DNA from: Diplonema japonicum
Taxonomy: Eukaryota; Protista; Euglenozoa: Diplonemea
Length of the DNA stretch: 64,000 bases
Direction of reading: 5' to 3'
NCBI GenBank assembly: GCA_964019335.1
Contig: OZ025720.1
Coordinates: 248,001-312,000, forward strand
In this document: in pieces, positions 21,271-34,480 of the stretch
Layout of the letters: each line of letters starts with the position of its first letter
Numbering within the stretch: the stretch's first letter is position 1
Translations under genes and position numbers: made by a program
Notes under the pieces: model-generated
The model's database searches: none
What the model was told of the DNA's origin: nothing
Seen by the model: the letters and a program-made list of their open reading frames with translations, nothing else

Positions 21271-22110
21271 TCAAGAAATCACACAGGAATCTTCGTCTTT
21301 AGGAGCTTCCCCCGTTACCCAAGGGTGTTTCTTAATCTCTTTAATTTTATGCCGTTTCTCGGGGTTTGGGTTAAGCATTATACTAATTAACGAAGCTGCT
21401 TGTTTGTCTTGAATCTCAGTGGAAGAATAGGGTTTACTCATAATTTCCTGCATAAGGGACAAGGGATCAGGGGCCGTCCAAGGCCGGGCTCCCACAAGCA
21501 TGAAATGAAGAATAACACCACAGGACCAAACATCCACCCGGTACCCAGAGTAAAATGTGTCAAAATTGTTAAACCCGCGTTTTAAAACTTCAGGGGGAAG
21601 ATATTCTGTTGTCCCACAGAAGGTGGAAAGTCCTCGGCTAATGGCTGATACTTTTGAGAGGCCGAAATCAGCCACCAAAACACTTTTTTTATCGCCGGAC
21701 AGCAGGATATTCTCGGGTTTCAGATCACGGTGGACAATTTTCTTATCGTGGCAGTACCCCACTGCTCGTAGAACTTGCTTGAAGTATTTTCTTGCGGTTT
21801 CTGGGCTTAGTCTGCTTTTCGCTGCGATTTCCTTCTGCAGGTCTCCCCCCTCCGCGAGTTCCAGCACCACATACGCCCTCTCCTTTGTGAAGGTTATGTC
21901 ATAATATTGCATAACATTGGCATGTTTCAAGCCCTCCATGATCTTCATTTCCTCTCTTAACGCTTCTTTAGATATCACACCGAGGTCTACTATTTTAACC
22001 GCCACTTTCAGTTTTTGTTTTTTGTCAAATCCTTCTCGGACCTCCCCGTAGGTACCCCGGCCTAGCTCCTTTGTGAGGAGGTATCGATCGCCGACTAGTT
22101 TGGACATCAT
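21271..22110 (-). CDS. CAMK-group (AMPK/SNF1/CIPK-like) Ser/Thr kinase with C-terminal CaaX
   Basis: GRGTYG, VAVK, HRDLKPEN, DFG, CGTTEYLPPE, DVWSCG; ends CVIS; ATG follows a poly(A) run. Confidence 0.93.
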   Translation of the reverse strand: MMSKLVGDRYLLTKELGRGTYGEVREGFDKKQKLKVAVKIVDLGVISKEALREEMKIMEGLKHANVMQYYDITFTKERAYVVLELAEGGDLQKEIAAKSRLSPETARKYFKQVLRAVGYCHDKKIVHRDLKPENILLSGDKKSVLVADFGLSKVSAISRGLSTFCGTTEYLPPEVLKRGFNNFDTFYSGYRVDVWSCGVILHFMLVGARPWTAPDPLSLMQEIMSKPYSSTEIQDKQAASLISIMLNPNPEKRHKIKEIKKHPWVTGEAPKDEDSCVIS

Positions 22111-22582
22111 TTTTTTTTTTTTATTATTATTTTTTTTTTTTTTTTCCCTTTTCCTTGTTGGGTTTGTAAAACAAAAAAAAAGGGGGGGAAATAAAAAAAA
22201 AAAGAGGGTAACGTGAGTGTTGGGAAAAAAAAAAAAAGAAAAAAAAAAAGTAAGACATTTTTTTTTTTGTATCATAATGGGTGTGTTGGGAGTGGGTGGA
22301 GAATAGAGAAGGGAAAAAAAAAGGGGGGTGGGAAACAGAATACATCAATTTTTTTTTACTCTGTTCTCTCCTTGAGGCCGCAGGTCGTTGGCTCTTTTTC
22401 TTTTTTTTTTTTTTTTGCCCCTTTTTTTTCTCATTCTTCCCCCCCTTTTTTTTTGAAAAAAAGGGGTAAAATGGAACCAAAAAAAAAAAGAAAGAAAAAA
22501 AAAAAGAGGAGTAGCGGGAGGAGGGGAAACTAATTTGGGTTTCTTTTTTTTCTCTGTTCTATGTTTCTGACTGTACAAACTG

Positions 22583-22616
<34 letters not shown>

Positions 22617-22793
22617 ACAGTGGGGAGAGGAAGGGAAGAAGAGAATAGAGAACAAAAAAAAAAAAAGAAGAAAAAAAGAGTCAGCTCCCACGCTGGTCAA
22701 CTGTGCCTCGTCATGGTTTACCAACAAGTTGCCGCTGCTCTTTTTTTTTAGCAAAAGACAATAGTTGTTTTAAAAGAATTCAGACTTTTAATT

Positions 22794-22828
<35 letters not shown>

Positions 22829-23471
22829 AGGGAGCAAATAAGCCCATGTACACTGACAAATTAAGGGGAAAAAAAAAAGAAAAGAAAAAAAGACTTGCGA
22901 CCACTAGGCAGGCATGTCTTTTTCTTCTTTTGTTTTGTTGTTTTTATTGGGAAAATAACTATGCCTGTATTCCTTTTTATCTTTTTTTCCCCTCCCCTTT
23001 TTTTTTCCTTCTCGTTCACTTCTCCCGATTTATCTCGCATCATTTTTTTTTCTTTTCTTTTTATATCACAAGTATGCAGCGCAAGTCAGAGTAGAGGAAG
23101 AAGAAGAAGAATACAATAGGTGCCCGATATTATGGTATCATGCTAGCTTCAAAAAGCCCTATGCGCTGGCAATGAATTGTAAAGGAAAATAAAATCATCT
23201 TAAGAGATAAAGTAGGCCTGAACCGTCTACTTTATTACAGGGCCTGGTCACGCCAACCTCTTGGTGTGGATTTCTCTCTATTTACAGCTTTCCCTTTCTG
23301 AAAAAGAACTCCCTTTTACACTTTTCTTTAAGAAAAGGGAAGGTTTTTTTTTTTACCCCCCCTTTTTTTTTCATTAAATTAATCGCACTTTTTTTTTTCT
23401 TTCTTCTTCTTCTTCTTCTTTCCCACGTGTTATTTACAAAGTAAAAAAAAAAAAAAAAAGAAAAAAAAAAT

Positions 23472-23967
23472 TTATATTGGATTAGGAAGGTCATTGCCGA
23501 CCATTGTGACAGACAAGGGGTCCGGTACATCTGCAGGCCAATCACTACAAGACACACCAACCCAGGAGTCATAACGAGAGGAAGGCCAAGGAGAGATGGT
23601 GCTCGCATAAGCCGACTGGGTTTCCGCCCGTAGAATGGCGACGAGGGCAGTAAAAATGGGCCGATTCGCCGGTTTCGCAAGGCACATTTCTATAATCTCC
23701 TGCATCGGCTCCGGGACATCAACTCCGCCAATTTTCTTCAACACCCGCGGCTTCGATTTATACGTCATAATCCTCCAACTGCAGTCATCACGAAAATCTC
23801 TTTCGAAGGGAATGTCTAACGCCATCAATTCAATCTACAATTTTTTTTTTCTTTTCTTTTTTTTTTCTTTTTTCTGGACCATACAGTTAAAACCCCGAAA
23901 CTATAAACATCACAGGCCTCGGTATACGGTAATTCCGCCCATACTTCAGGTGCCATAAATGCGAATG

Positions 23968-24002
<35 letters not shown>

Positions 24003-25312
24003 CCTCTTTAAATACCTGAATCAAGCTCTGCTCTTTCTTCTCCCCTTCTTGCCTCATCCGCCTCGACGTTGATCCGGAGATAGAAAGACCGAAATCAGCT
24101 ATTTTCATTGTATCGTTACAAACAAAGACGTTCGAGGACTTCAGGTCCCTGTGGAAGATATTCTTATGGTGCAGGAAAGCCATCCCCTTGGCGATCTCGG
24201 TCATCCACTTCAACTTCCTTCCCCACTTAATCTGAGCATTCCTTTTGGTCAACGCCACGAGGAACTGCTGCAACGTGCCCGACTCACAGTACTCGGTGAT
24301 GATGGCCGGGCGACCTTTCTCGAACACGGCCCCGAGAAGCATCAACACATTCGGGTGCCGCAACATGGTCATGATCTTAACCTCCCTCTGCCATGCATCT
24401 AGCTCCTCTTCTGTCCACGCCTTGTCCCCCCTGTGGATTTTCACAGCCACTTCTGTAGCTTGGTAATCCCCTTTGTACACCTGAGAAAGGGGGGTTCCAA
24501 AAAAAAAAAAAATGATACCATTCCAAAGCCACCGCTTCCAAGGACCTCTTCCATGTTGACGGCGAGGTCAGTGAAGGTGATTCCGTAGTTGTTGATGATA
24601 TCCTTTTTTTTTTATTTGTTTGAATGTTAGGGGGGGGGGGGGGGGGGGGGTGTACCTTGTCCATCCCGTCAAGGGCGTCGTCTTGGACGCTGAGGGACAA
24701 CGCGGGGTCTCCTTGGGAGTTGGCTCTCATCCGTCCTGTGGCTATCCGCTGCGCTTCGATTTGAAGCTGGAGCGCGTCCCGCTCGTTTGTCACCTTGAGA
24801 AGCTGCTGCTTGAGGTGCTGCACCTCTTTGAGGTACGACCTGTCACCAGAACGCGACGATTCTGAAGTCTGGGAAATGGGGGATTGTCGGAGGAACATCG
24901 GGCTCGCGCTTGCTCCTCGTATCAGTTCCCGAGTGGTAGCCACAGGAACATTAGGAGGCGCTGCACGGGGGGAATTCCGGGCACCCCTGACAGACGATGT
25001 CCGTGCTGGGGCGTTCGGGGTGACAGAAGAAGTTCGTTTATGTGCCTGCGGGGTTGAACTCCTCTTCAGGACCAGCCCGTTGGGCAGGCGGGTCAGATCG
25101 CCAGGCGACCTGCTCCGACTTCTCAACACATCATTGTTCTTTTTAGCAGCTGCCCTCACCCCCGCTTCCTTCTTCCTGCTGTCGTTTACCGTCGACAGCG
25201 AAGGCGGCGCCGGGACCGCCCGCTTGTCCCTGCTGCTGTCGTCGCGTCCTCTCATCTCGCCCACCCTTCTTGCGCTTCCTATCTTCCTCACCCCTCCATT
25301 AACCGTCACCAT
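23472..25312 (-). CDS. Tyrosine-kinase-like (TKL) kinase; 5 exons (25312-24656, 24602-24519, 24480-24016, 23971-23885, 23834-23472)
   Basis: Four GT-AG introns (53, 38, 44, 50 nt) join GSGGFG, VAVK, HRDLKSSN, DFG, GTFAFMAPE and DVYSFG in one frame. Confidence 0.92.
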
Positions 25313-25427
25313 TCCCGCAACCCCTTTGATGGTGTTGTTGTTGTGTCAAAAAAAAAGGGGAGAGGGAAGAAAACAAAGGGAAGAAAGAATAGAAATGTGG
25401 GTTTGGTAAAACCCGGGCTTCGTTTCT

Positions 25428-26303
25428 TCACGCCCTCAACGGCTGGACGATGCAGCGGTGTGCCCTTGGGTGTCTCCCCACCAGCTCGATGTAAGGTTTC
25501 TCGGTTTCGCACTGCAGCTTCAGCCTCGACCTGGCCGACACCTCTCTCATGAGCAGCGCCTCTAGATGGGCAATGATACCATAGTAACAGGGTGGGAGGT
25601 GCTTGACAAGCAGCGTCCAGTACATAAGATGCGATGTAGAAATGCCCTGCCGGGGTGGGGGGTTGGCTGCGGGTACAGGGGGGCGGGGGATGAACACGGG
25701 TGCGATGGCTTTCCCGACTATCTCCGCTTCACTTCTGCATTTCGCCGTGATCGCGTGAAGACGCACCACACGGGCCTGGGCTTGGAAGTCTTGGTACACA
25801 GTGGACACCTTGAAGGGGCTGATGACGAAGGTTAACCAATACCGTTGTTGCTCAGCTGTGATGTTAGACCTCGACGCCTGCTCCTCTGCTGTGATTATGA
25901 ACTTCTCCTCGTTGTTCGTTAAGAGAGAGCTGAATTTCTTCTTGGCAGCATGGCTTCGGTAGGCTAGTTGTATGCTCACAGCAGCCTCGAAACGTTTTGA
26001 CTTGGCCTTCTTGCCCAGTAAGTTTTTTGTGCACCTCAAGAATTTCATCGTTGTGTACCATTTCAGCCTTCCCTTTCTCTCCATTTCGACGACCCGTGCA
26101 CGGTGCCCGCAGAGCCACCATTGTGTTTGGATTAACCATGCTGCTCGGTGTTGCTGGTCCTCAATTTTTATCGCTGCTTGCCTATCCACCCAGTCATGGA
26201 GAAGTCCGCTTCTAAATATATATGCTCGGCCTATTTTTTGCAGCACACATGCTGCAGGTTTCGATGCAGTCTTTGGTTTGTCCACTCGCTTTTTTTTCTT
26301 CAT
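25428..26303 (-). CDS. IQ-motif-containing protein
   Basis: AAVSIQLAYRSH and AAWLIQTQW IQ-like motifs; 291 aa. Confidence 0.7.
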   Translation of the reverse strand: MKKKKRVDKPKTASKPAACVLQKIGRAYIFRSGLLHDWVDRQAAIKIEDQQHRAAWLIQTQWWLCGHRARVVEMERKGRLKWYTTMKFLRCTKNLLGKKAKSKRFEAAVSIQLAYRSHAAKKKFSSLLTNNEEKFIITAEEQASRSNITAEQQRYWLTFVISPFKVSTVYQDFQAQARVVRLHAITAKCRSEAEIVGKAIAPVFIPRPPVPAANPPPRQGISTSHLMYWTLLVKHLPPCYYGIIAHLEALLMREVSARSRLKLQCETEKPYIELVGRHPRAHRCIVQPLRA

Positions 26304-26861
26304 CCCCCCCCCCCCCCCCCCCCTAATTGTAAAAATGAATTGGTATTGCTAAAAAAGAGTGACACGAGTCACATGTCGGGCTGCTTCAGCTTCAGGACCA
26401 AAAGTAGCTCAACTTCCGAGCTCCAAACTGGCCAGCAAACTGCATCCACCTCATCTTCCGAATGAGGGTAAAGTAAACGAGGTCAATGGATGCTGTGCTG
26501 CAGCACGCGAAAAGACGAATTCTCTGGGGGAAAAAAAAAAGGAGGGATATGAGAAAAATAATGCAGGTGGATGTGGGCGGGGGGGGGGGGGGGATTGAAA
26601 CAATAAATATAATAAAATAAAATAAAATAAAATAAAATAAAATAAAATAAAATAAAATAAAATAAAATAATAAGGGTAAGGCAGAGAGAGAAAATAGACA
26701 CAGCTTGCAGTTTCTTTTTTTTCCTTTTTTTTTTCCCTTTACGATACCAAATTCCTTCTAATGCAATTCCAAGTAACCTTGAACATTTTACCTTCAAACT
26801 CTCGGGATTTCATCCTTTTTTTGAAGAAATTTGGGACGTCGGTGTGTAACTGCGTCTTCGT

Positions 26862-26902
<41 letters not shown>

Positions 26903-27555
26903 CATTCTTTCTTTTTTTTTTCCCAATAGAAAACTTCATTTTTTTCTGGTATTTAACAGGTGAGAGTCTTAAAGGAAGAAGGGGAGGAAAAAAAAAAAAA
27001 AAAAAAGCATGAGAGAAGGAAGGTTTTCAATAAAAGAAAAACAAAGGATGAGAGTTGGGGTTCACCTAGTCAAGGCCACCGCACCATCTCCTAACCCCTC
27101 TTTTTCTTTTTTTTTTTCTTCTTCTTTTTCTTTCCCCAAAAAGCTACTGCCGCTTCTCTTCCCAATCTCTCTTTTCTTTTTTTTTGTTTTCTTCATTTTT
27201 ATACCCCCCTTCCGGTCTTCTAAAATATAAAATAAAAAACTTAGATAAAAAAAATATGGAACTTGTAATATGGGAGCAGGGAAGAAAAAAAAATTGAAAC
27301 ATAAACACCCTTTAAAAAAAAAAAGCAGCCTTTTTTTTTCCTTTGAAAAGGGTAGATAAATGAGGAGGAAAAAAAAAAGTTTCAGACTAAAAAAAATAAA
27401 ATAAAAATAAAGATGTCCATGTCTCTTCTTTCTTCTTCTTCACTTCTTTTCTTTTCCTTAAAAATCCTGCAAAAAAAAAAAAAAAATGGGGGGAACAGGA
27501 AAGGGATGGGGGGGAAGAGAAGGGGAAAAAAAAAAAAGAAAAAAAATCCCCCACT

Positions 27556-27647
27556 TTAAGGCGCATTGCTCGACGGCCGTTGTTTCCTTTTCATTTTTCG
27601 GCGCTTGCTGACTTGGGGCAATTGTTTTTGAGAAGGCTGCAGGATAT

Positions 27648-27691
<44 letters not shown>

Positions 27692-28786
27692 AATACACAC
27701 CTCAGCAGTCAGAAATTCATTCAAACTAATCTCGGGAACAGGGAAGGGTGTAGGGTAATTCTTAGGCGGGTGCACCAAGGTGAACCGCTCACCATCGTCC
27801 CCAGTTTCACTATAGGACACAAGCCCATAATAGGTAACTACCCCATGGCATAACATCCTGTGGTACCCATCGTTGAGCAGAAGCACAAGAGGACTGACCT
27901 CAGTACAATCAACCCTACTCTGCTCGAGATCTCTGATGAACTGAAGAAGACGCGCCTCCACGGGCTCGAAGAAGGTTTCCCTCTTATTCTTTAAACGCAC
28001 CAATTCGCCTCGAAGAGGTTTGTTGATTTTGCCCCATCTCTGCGATGGGGTAAGCGCCTCGCCTCCTGTGGAGGGTACCGCCTTTGCAGCCGGTTTATTC
28101 GCGCTGTACTTTTTAAGCAACGCCATCTGCTTCTCCTCCGTAACCTCGACAAAAGGCGCCCATTTCCTGTCGACATCACCGTCATCATTGTGGAACTGGA
28201 ACGCGGCATCATGCCGGTGGGTAAACAGCTCTTGGAATTCCTGTTTCGTCATTTTCCCGTTGTTCCCCTTTCGTTCCATTGTATCTAGGAGGCCCACGGC
28301 GTCTTCGTCAACGAAGAATTGGTTCCTCCATCGCCTGTGCTTTTGCTTTCCCTTCGGTCCAGTGACACCTGGGAAAGCACGGATGCCTCTTGCCTCGATT
28401 TTGTTTTGATTCAAAGGCTGCTCCACTCGGCTTGTCGTTGTCAGAACAAAGTTTTTCCTGTCTGCTGCGTCCCTTGTCTTGAGCTCTGAATCGCTGCTTG
28501 AAATGTCCTCCTTGAGCAGAACTACATCGCCGTCTGAATGGTACCCAACGCTCTTGGTGAAGACCTGGCCGCCTGTCTTGAAGTGCGCGAAGGGCACGAA
28601 CGTCATCACATCACCGCCGATGGTGTGTGTTGTCGGTGTTGCCACTGCGCCCGACCTGCAATCCGTGTGGGTTGCTCCCTTCAGCGTTGTCTTGGCCGCG
28701 TCCTTCACATCCGGAGAGCTTGGGAACTCCTCCCCATCCTTACCCACAACCACAAAATCCCCAGATGACTCAGATAGTTCCGCCAT
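27556..28786 (-). CDS. R3H-domain protein (R3HDM4-like); one intron 27637 to 27688 or 27700
   Basis: RRWRN R3H-associated motif and GYHRMLCHGVVTYYGL (RxxxH); removing the A-rich GT-AG intron gives a short last exon ending TAA at 27556. Confidence 0.82.
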
Positions 28787-28903
28787 TTGCTGTACGAGAT
28801 GGTACAAATGTGGAGGAAAGATAATAAGCAATAAAAGAGGTCTTTTGGTTGGGTGAAAAAAAAAAAAAAAAGTGATAAGGATAGGGGAAAGGAGGAGGGG
28901 TTA

Positions 28904-30094
<1,191 letters not shown>

Positions 30095-30447
30095 TTTAAA
30101 GCTTAAGGTGCTTACGAATGAAAAAGGAAGAACTGTAGAAGGTTGTTTCCGCAAAACACGACAAGAAAATATACAGAATAAAAAAATAAAATCACTGAAA
30201 ACGGAGGAAGATGTGTCGGCAAAACAAAAAAAGAAATATAAGAGATAAAGGAGCCGGTGTTGGTGGCACCCTGCACACCCAGCACTGTCTACCTGACAAC
30301 AGAACAAAAGAAAAATATATTTTAATAATAATATAAATTTTAATAACGACCCCCCCACACTCATATGGTGGACATCAAGCGTACAATGGAAAAAGTACTT
30401 TTTTTTTCTCTCTTACTAACAAAGAAAGACAAACGGACAAATAGGAA

Positions 30448-31968
30448 TTAAGGAGGGGGGAGCTTCGCCAGAGTTTGCTGGATGTTCGGATTGTCGATGT
30501 TGACCTGCATGGAGTGCATGGTCAAGATAGGGGGCAGGGAGACGGTGGAACGGAACGGGATGAAGATGAACAATCTGAATTTGCTGTGGATCAGCCACGA
30601 ATGAGTTGTTTGCAGCCTGATCCCCAATTCACGCAACAACCCATCTGCGTTGTATTTGCTACCGATGATAACATAAATCCAGTACCCCCTCCCCATCCCA
30701 GGTCGCACTACAGCAGATATCGCTTCCCGCTCAGCAGACCGATGTGTAACGAGAATAGGGTGCAAGGGTAAAGACGCTGCCTCAGCAGCTTCCTCAACCG
30801 CACGGCTAGGGTCGAACCCCGTCCCGTACAAAAGAACAGGAGTAAGAGGTGAGATCACTGTGGTGATGCTAAGTATGTCCTCACTACGTAACTGAGGTGC
30901 GCCGATGAGCTGCATCAGGACAACATCAGCCACCACTCTGGAAAGCCTGAAGTAGTTCAAGTCGAATCGTTTCGGGTCTGTCCCCTTCCACACCGTGGTC
31001 AGCAGTCTAGTGAACTCATCGACATCTAGCTCACCGTCGCCATCGGCATCGTGTGCACTCAATGCCACACCGTTGCCATTGTCAAGCTCGCTTGCCACCT
31101 TGTTGAATGTCTCAAGCACTCTGTCAAACTCATCTTGAGACAGCGAACCCGACCCATCATGGTCCCACTTCATGAACAGCTGTTTCGCCAGCTTCTCCCG
31201 TCTGTTCAGTTCCTGCATGTCGGCTGTTCGCTTCACGCACATCACCAAGTAGACGGCAAGGGAGTCAAACTCACACGGTGTCATGCCCTCTGTCACGTAC
31301 GTCATGACTCTTATGAACCCGTTCATGTCGATGTTGTTGGTTGGGGACAGTCGTGCCACCTCGTCGTGGTCCTGCTTGCTCCATGAAAGGTACGTGTCCA
31401 ACGTTGTGAACACGGTCTGTGTTGCAATGCCGCCCTCTGTTATGTTCAGGCCGGAGACCCATGATGTGTAGATATTACAGAACTCGGCGTAACGACGTTC
31501 GGACTCCAATATACCAGAGGAGTACCCCATCGCTGTGGCTGCTCTTGGTCTTACCGGTAATGTTGGTGATCCCGTGGATGGTATTCTGCTGTCCCCCGAT
31601 GCTGTTGCAGGTCGTTTTTTCTTCCTTTCCACCCGTTCTGGAGGGTGTGGTGGAATCACAGTGTTGTTCAAATCTTTCTGTGAGATTGGGGTGTCGCATT
31701 CGATGTTTTGCGGGGTGGGGGGTGCCGGGGTGGGGGGTGCATATTGCAGCCCGGTCCGCGAGATCCCCCTTAAAATCCTCTTCACCTTGCCCAGCTCCTT
31801 CACGTTGAAGTCCTCCCGCAGGTCTTCCTTCGTCACCTCCATCATGGCAGCTCCGTCCATCTCGTGCTCCGCGAACTTATCGACGAGCTCCGCGTCGATC
31901 CAGTTGCACGTTTTTAAGTACCTCGACACATCGCTAGTCGACCACTCCGTCACCTGCAGCACATCCAT
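30448..31968 (-). CDS. SAM-domain and EF-hand protein
   Basis: N-terminal WSTSDV...F.EHEMDGAA...DL...LG SAM pattern; EF-hands DHDGSGSLSQDE and DADGDGELDVDE. Confidence 0.88.
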   Translation of the reverse strand: MDVLQVTEWSTSDVSRYLKTCNWIDAELVDKFAEHEMDGAAMMEVTKEDLREDFNVKELGKVKRILRGISRTGLQYAPPTPAPPTPQNIECDTPISQKDLNNTVIPPHPPERVERKKKRPATASGDSRIPSTGSPTLPVRPRAATAMGYSSGILESERRYAEFCNIYTSWVSGLNITEGGIATQTVFTTLDTYLSWSKQDHDEVARLSPTNNIDMNGFIRVMTYVTEGMTPCEFDSLAVYLVMCVKRTADMQELNRREKLAKQLFMKWDHDGSGSLSQDEFDRVLETFNKVASELDNGNGVALSAHDADGDGELDVDEFTRLLTTVWKGTDPKRFDLNYFRLSRVVADVVLMQLIGAPQLRSEDILSITTVISPLTPVLLYGTGFDPSRAVEEAAEAASLPLHPILVTHRSAEREAISAVVRPGMGRGYWIYVIIGSKYNADGLLRELGIRLQTTHSWLIHSKFRLFIFIPFRSTVSLPPILTMHSMQVNIDNPNIQQTLAKLPPP

Positions 31969-32073
31969 ATGTTTCTCCTTTCCCCCCCCTTTTCTTTTGT
32001 TATAGTTAATATGCGGAGATGCGGAAAGAAAAAAAATTGTGAAAAAATAGGAAGATTTAAAAAAAGCGCCATC

Positions 32074-33063
32074 CTATTTTTTCTTTTTCTTCGTTGCTTT
32101 TGCTTTTGGGGTGTCATCATCATCATCATCGGCTGCTCGTTTGCGCTTCCCTGCGGGCGTCACTAGCTCCGCATGAAATAGTATTGACTGAGCCCAACCT
32201 GCGTACGGGCCAAAGGAGTCAAACCAGGCCTTTTGTATGCTGGTATAAGTCTTGGGAGTGAGGGTCTTGGTAAACTGTATGCTGTCCTTGAAATGGATCT
32301 GCGCAAGCCTTAGAATATGGGTATCGATGGGTGTGACGGAATGCTGGTCCAAGGAGAACAAAGCCACGCAATCAGAAACCTTACTGCCGACGCCAGTGAG
32401 AGACGTAAGGTGTGCACGGGCCTTTTCCGGTGTCTCCCCTCTGAAGGACTTCAGAGGCATTTTTGGAAGTTTTGTGACTGCCTCCGCCACGTACTTCGCT
32501 CGGTACCCAAAACCCATTTCTTGCAGCTTTTGTTCCAAGCCCTTAACCTCGGCTAGCTTTTTAGCAGTTGGGAAGGCATGCCATGTCATCTCTCCTGCTT
32601 TCCCTATCTTGTCACCAAACTCTTTACAAAACCTGTCAAGCATGCCGGTGATGCGGGCCACATTGTTATTCTGCGTGCAGAGAAACGACAGCAAGCACTC
32701 TTCAGGATCCTGTCTGATCACTCTTAGATAGCATACCCCGCTTGCTGCTTTCTCCTTTAGCAGTACAGAGAGGGCCTTTTGCAAGCTGTTTTCTTCGAGC
32801 TTCATCCACTGTTTCTGCAGAGCTTCGAGGTCGGTTTGCAGGTTGAAGTAGTCGCTTAAGGTCTCCTTTGCGTTCTTGTCCCTCGATGGGATCACGCATT
32901 TGAACTGCACCTCCGCATTATCGCACTGTCGCAGGGCATACACACGCTTCCCTATCACCCCCATGTACTCGTTGTTGCCCACGTCCCTCCACCCGAAGAC
33001 CTGCCCACAGAAGAGGGTCCGCTGCAGGGAGAATCGCGTTCCGAGCGAGGCCCATTTGGACAT
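32074..33063 (-). CDS. OGG1: 8-oxoguanine DNA glycosylase
   Basis: TLFCGQVFGW, QNNNVARI, GFGYRAKY, HhH GVGSKVSDCV, PIDTH, GPYAGWAQSILF. Confidence 0.95.
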   Translation of the reverse strand: MSKWASLGTRFSLQRTLFCGQVFGWRDVGNNEYMGVIGKRVYALRQCDNAEVQFKCVIPSRDKNAKETLSDYFNLQTDLEALQKQWMKLEENSLQKALSVLLKEKAASGVCYLRVIRQDPEECLLSFLCTQNNNVARITGMLDRFCKEFGDKIGKAGEMTWHAFPTAKKLAEVKGLEQKLQEMGFGYRAKYVAEAVTKLPKMPLKSFRGETPEKARAHLTSLTGVGSKVSDCVALFSLDQHSVTPIDTHILRLAQIHFKDSIQFTKTLTPKTYTSIQKAWFDSFGPYAGWAQSILFHAELVTPAGKRKRAADDDDDDTPKAKATKKKKK

Positions 33064-33195
33064 TCTTGCCCCCACCTCTATTTTTATTTCTCCACGGGGA
33101 TTCGAAAGAAAAAAAAAAAAAAAAAGCTTTTGCAAAAAAACTTTTTAATACAAGACAAATACAATGAAGATCTTTTTTTTTTTTTTTTTTTTTTT

Positions 33196-34416
33196 TCACA
33201 ACCACCCAGGGGTAGGGATGTAGGGCTTCAACCCTGGAGCGTGATGTCGCGGAGGTGAGATGCTACGAGGGTACGCGTTGAGCCTGCTGTGTTGAGAGAG
33301 AGGTATGGGGTGGGCCATGTTAGACAGGTAAGTGGTCCGCGTTTCCCTGTATGGGTTAGGTGAGGGGGCGCCCCACAGCGCGGAGGCACGGGCGTTAGGA
33401 GAGAGACCAAGACCAGCAAGCTCGATGGTGGGTGTGGGGACTGAATGGGTGGCGAGCCCATTCTGAAAACTGTCCTCCATGAGAAGCGACTGCCATTTCG
33501 GCCATTCCACAGGAGCCCAGTCCTCCCTGGCATCCACAGGTGCGCTTACAGTAGGCCGGGGTCGTTGGCTTAAGACATCCCGCTTCGGGACTCCATTCTT
33601 TTTCCCTTCTATCCAGCCTTTGCTATACGCTGCTTTCAGCATTCTCTTCATTTTCTTTTCTTCTTCGGTAAGGTCGTCCCCCTCTGTGTAGGTGTCTGGG
33701 AACTCGCCTTCTATTTCTAAAACCTCGATGGTTTCTTCTTCTGGTTGTGTAGCGGCTTCTTGTTGTTCTTCTTTTTTCTCGGGTTTTGTACTTTTTGTGG
33801 GTTTTCCTTCCGCTTTGGGAACACCGTTTTCCTTCAAAAACTTCTCGAATGCGGCTGGTCTCAGGGAGGGTTCCTTGCACCGTGTGTCGCCTTTGTTCGC
33901 GTAGAACTCCTTCCCTGATTTGTCTTTTTTCACGACCCACTGACCGGTGGAGATGGCTTCTTCTATTTGGCTGTTACCAGCAGGCTTTTTTTGCTCCTCT
34001 TTTTTACCGCCTGTTGTTTTTTTATCCCCATCCGCGTCGGATTTCGGTTGTCCGTTTTCTTTCAAGAATTTTTCCAGAGCGGCTGGGCGCAAGGAGGGGT
34101 CTTTGCACCGTGTGTCGCCTTTGTTTACATAGTACACCTTCCCCGATTTGTCCTTTTTCTCAACCCACAGGCCGGTTTTAAGTGCTGCGGGAATCAGGCT
34201 TTTGCTTGTTTTGTCGTCCTTTGGTTTTTCTTTTCCGTCGTCCTTCTGCGGTTTCGTCCCTTCGTGTTCTTTTAAGAATTTCTCGAAGTCCTTCGCCCAC
34301 ATCGTTTTTTCCTTTGTTCTGTCGTCGCCTTTATTGGCGTAGTACACCTTCTCGTTCTTCCCCTTCTTCTCCACCCACTTCCCGCCCTTCAGCGCTTCCG
34401 CGATAAGCTTCGACAT
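33196..34416 (-). CDS. Lys-rich protein with three ~50-aa WW-like repeats
   Basis: Three repeats I..A..(G)xWV.KK.K..K.YY.NKGD.R.K......FEKFLKE, then an acidic and a Pro-rich region. Confidence 0.8.
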   Translation of the reverse strand: MSKLIAEALKGGKWVEKKGKNEKVYYANKGDDRTKEKTMWAKDFEKFLKEHEGTKPQKDDGKEKPKDDKTSKSLIPAALKTGLWVEKKDKSGKVYYVNKGDTRCKDPSLRPAALEKFLKENGQPKSDADGDKKTTGGKKEEQKKPAGNSQIEEAISTGQWVVKKDKSGKEFYANKGDTRCKEPSLRPAAFEKFLKENGVPKAEGKPTKSTKPEKKEEQQEAATQPEEETIEVLEIEGEFPDTYTEGDDLTEEEKKMKRMLKAAYSKGWIEGKKNGVPKRDVLSQRPRPTVSAPVDAREDWAPVEWPKWQSLLMEDSFQNGLATHSVPTPTIELAGLGLSPNARASALWGAPSPNPYRETRTTYLSNMAHPIPLSQHSRLNAYPRSISPPRHHAPGLKPYIPTPGWL

Positions 34417-34480
34417 CTTTCTTTTAAAATATTTCTCCTTCTTCTTCTTTTTTTTTGTCCCCCCCCCGATTTTAATGAGA

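Noticed and set aside
30095-30145. Spliced-leader remnant marking the tubulin copy as a retrogene
   Set aside because: Only CTACAGTT resembles SL; it is better explained as a genomic acceptor, and no clear poly(A) tail or TSD is seen.
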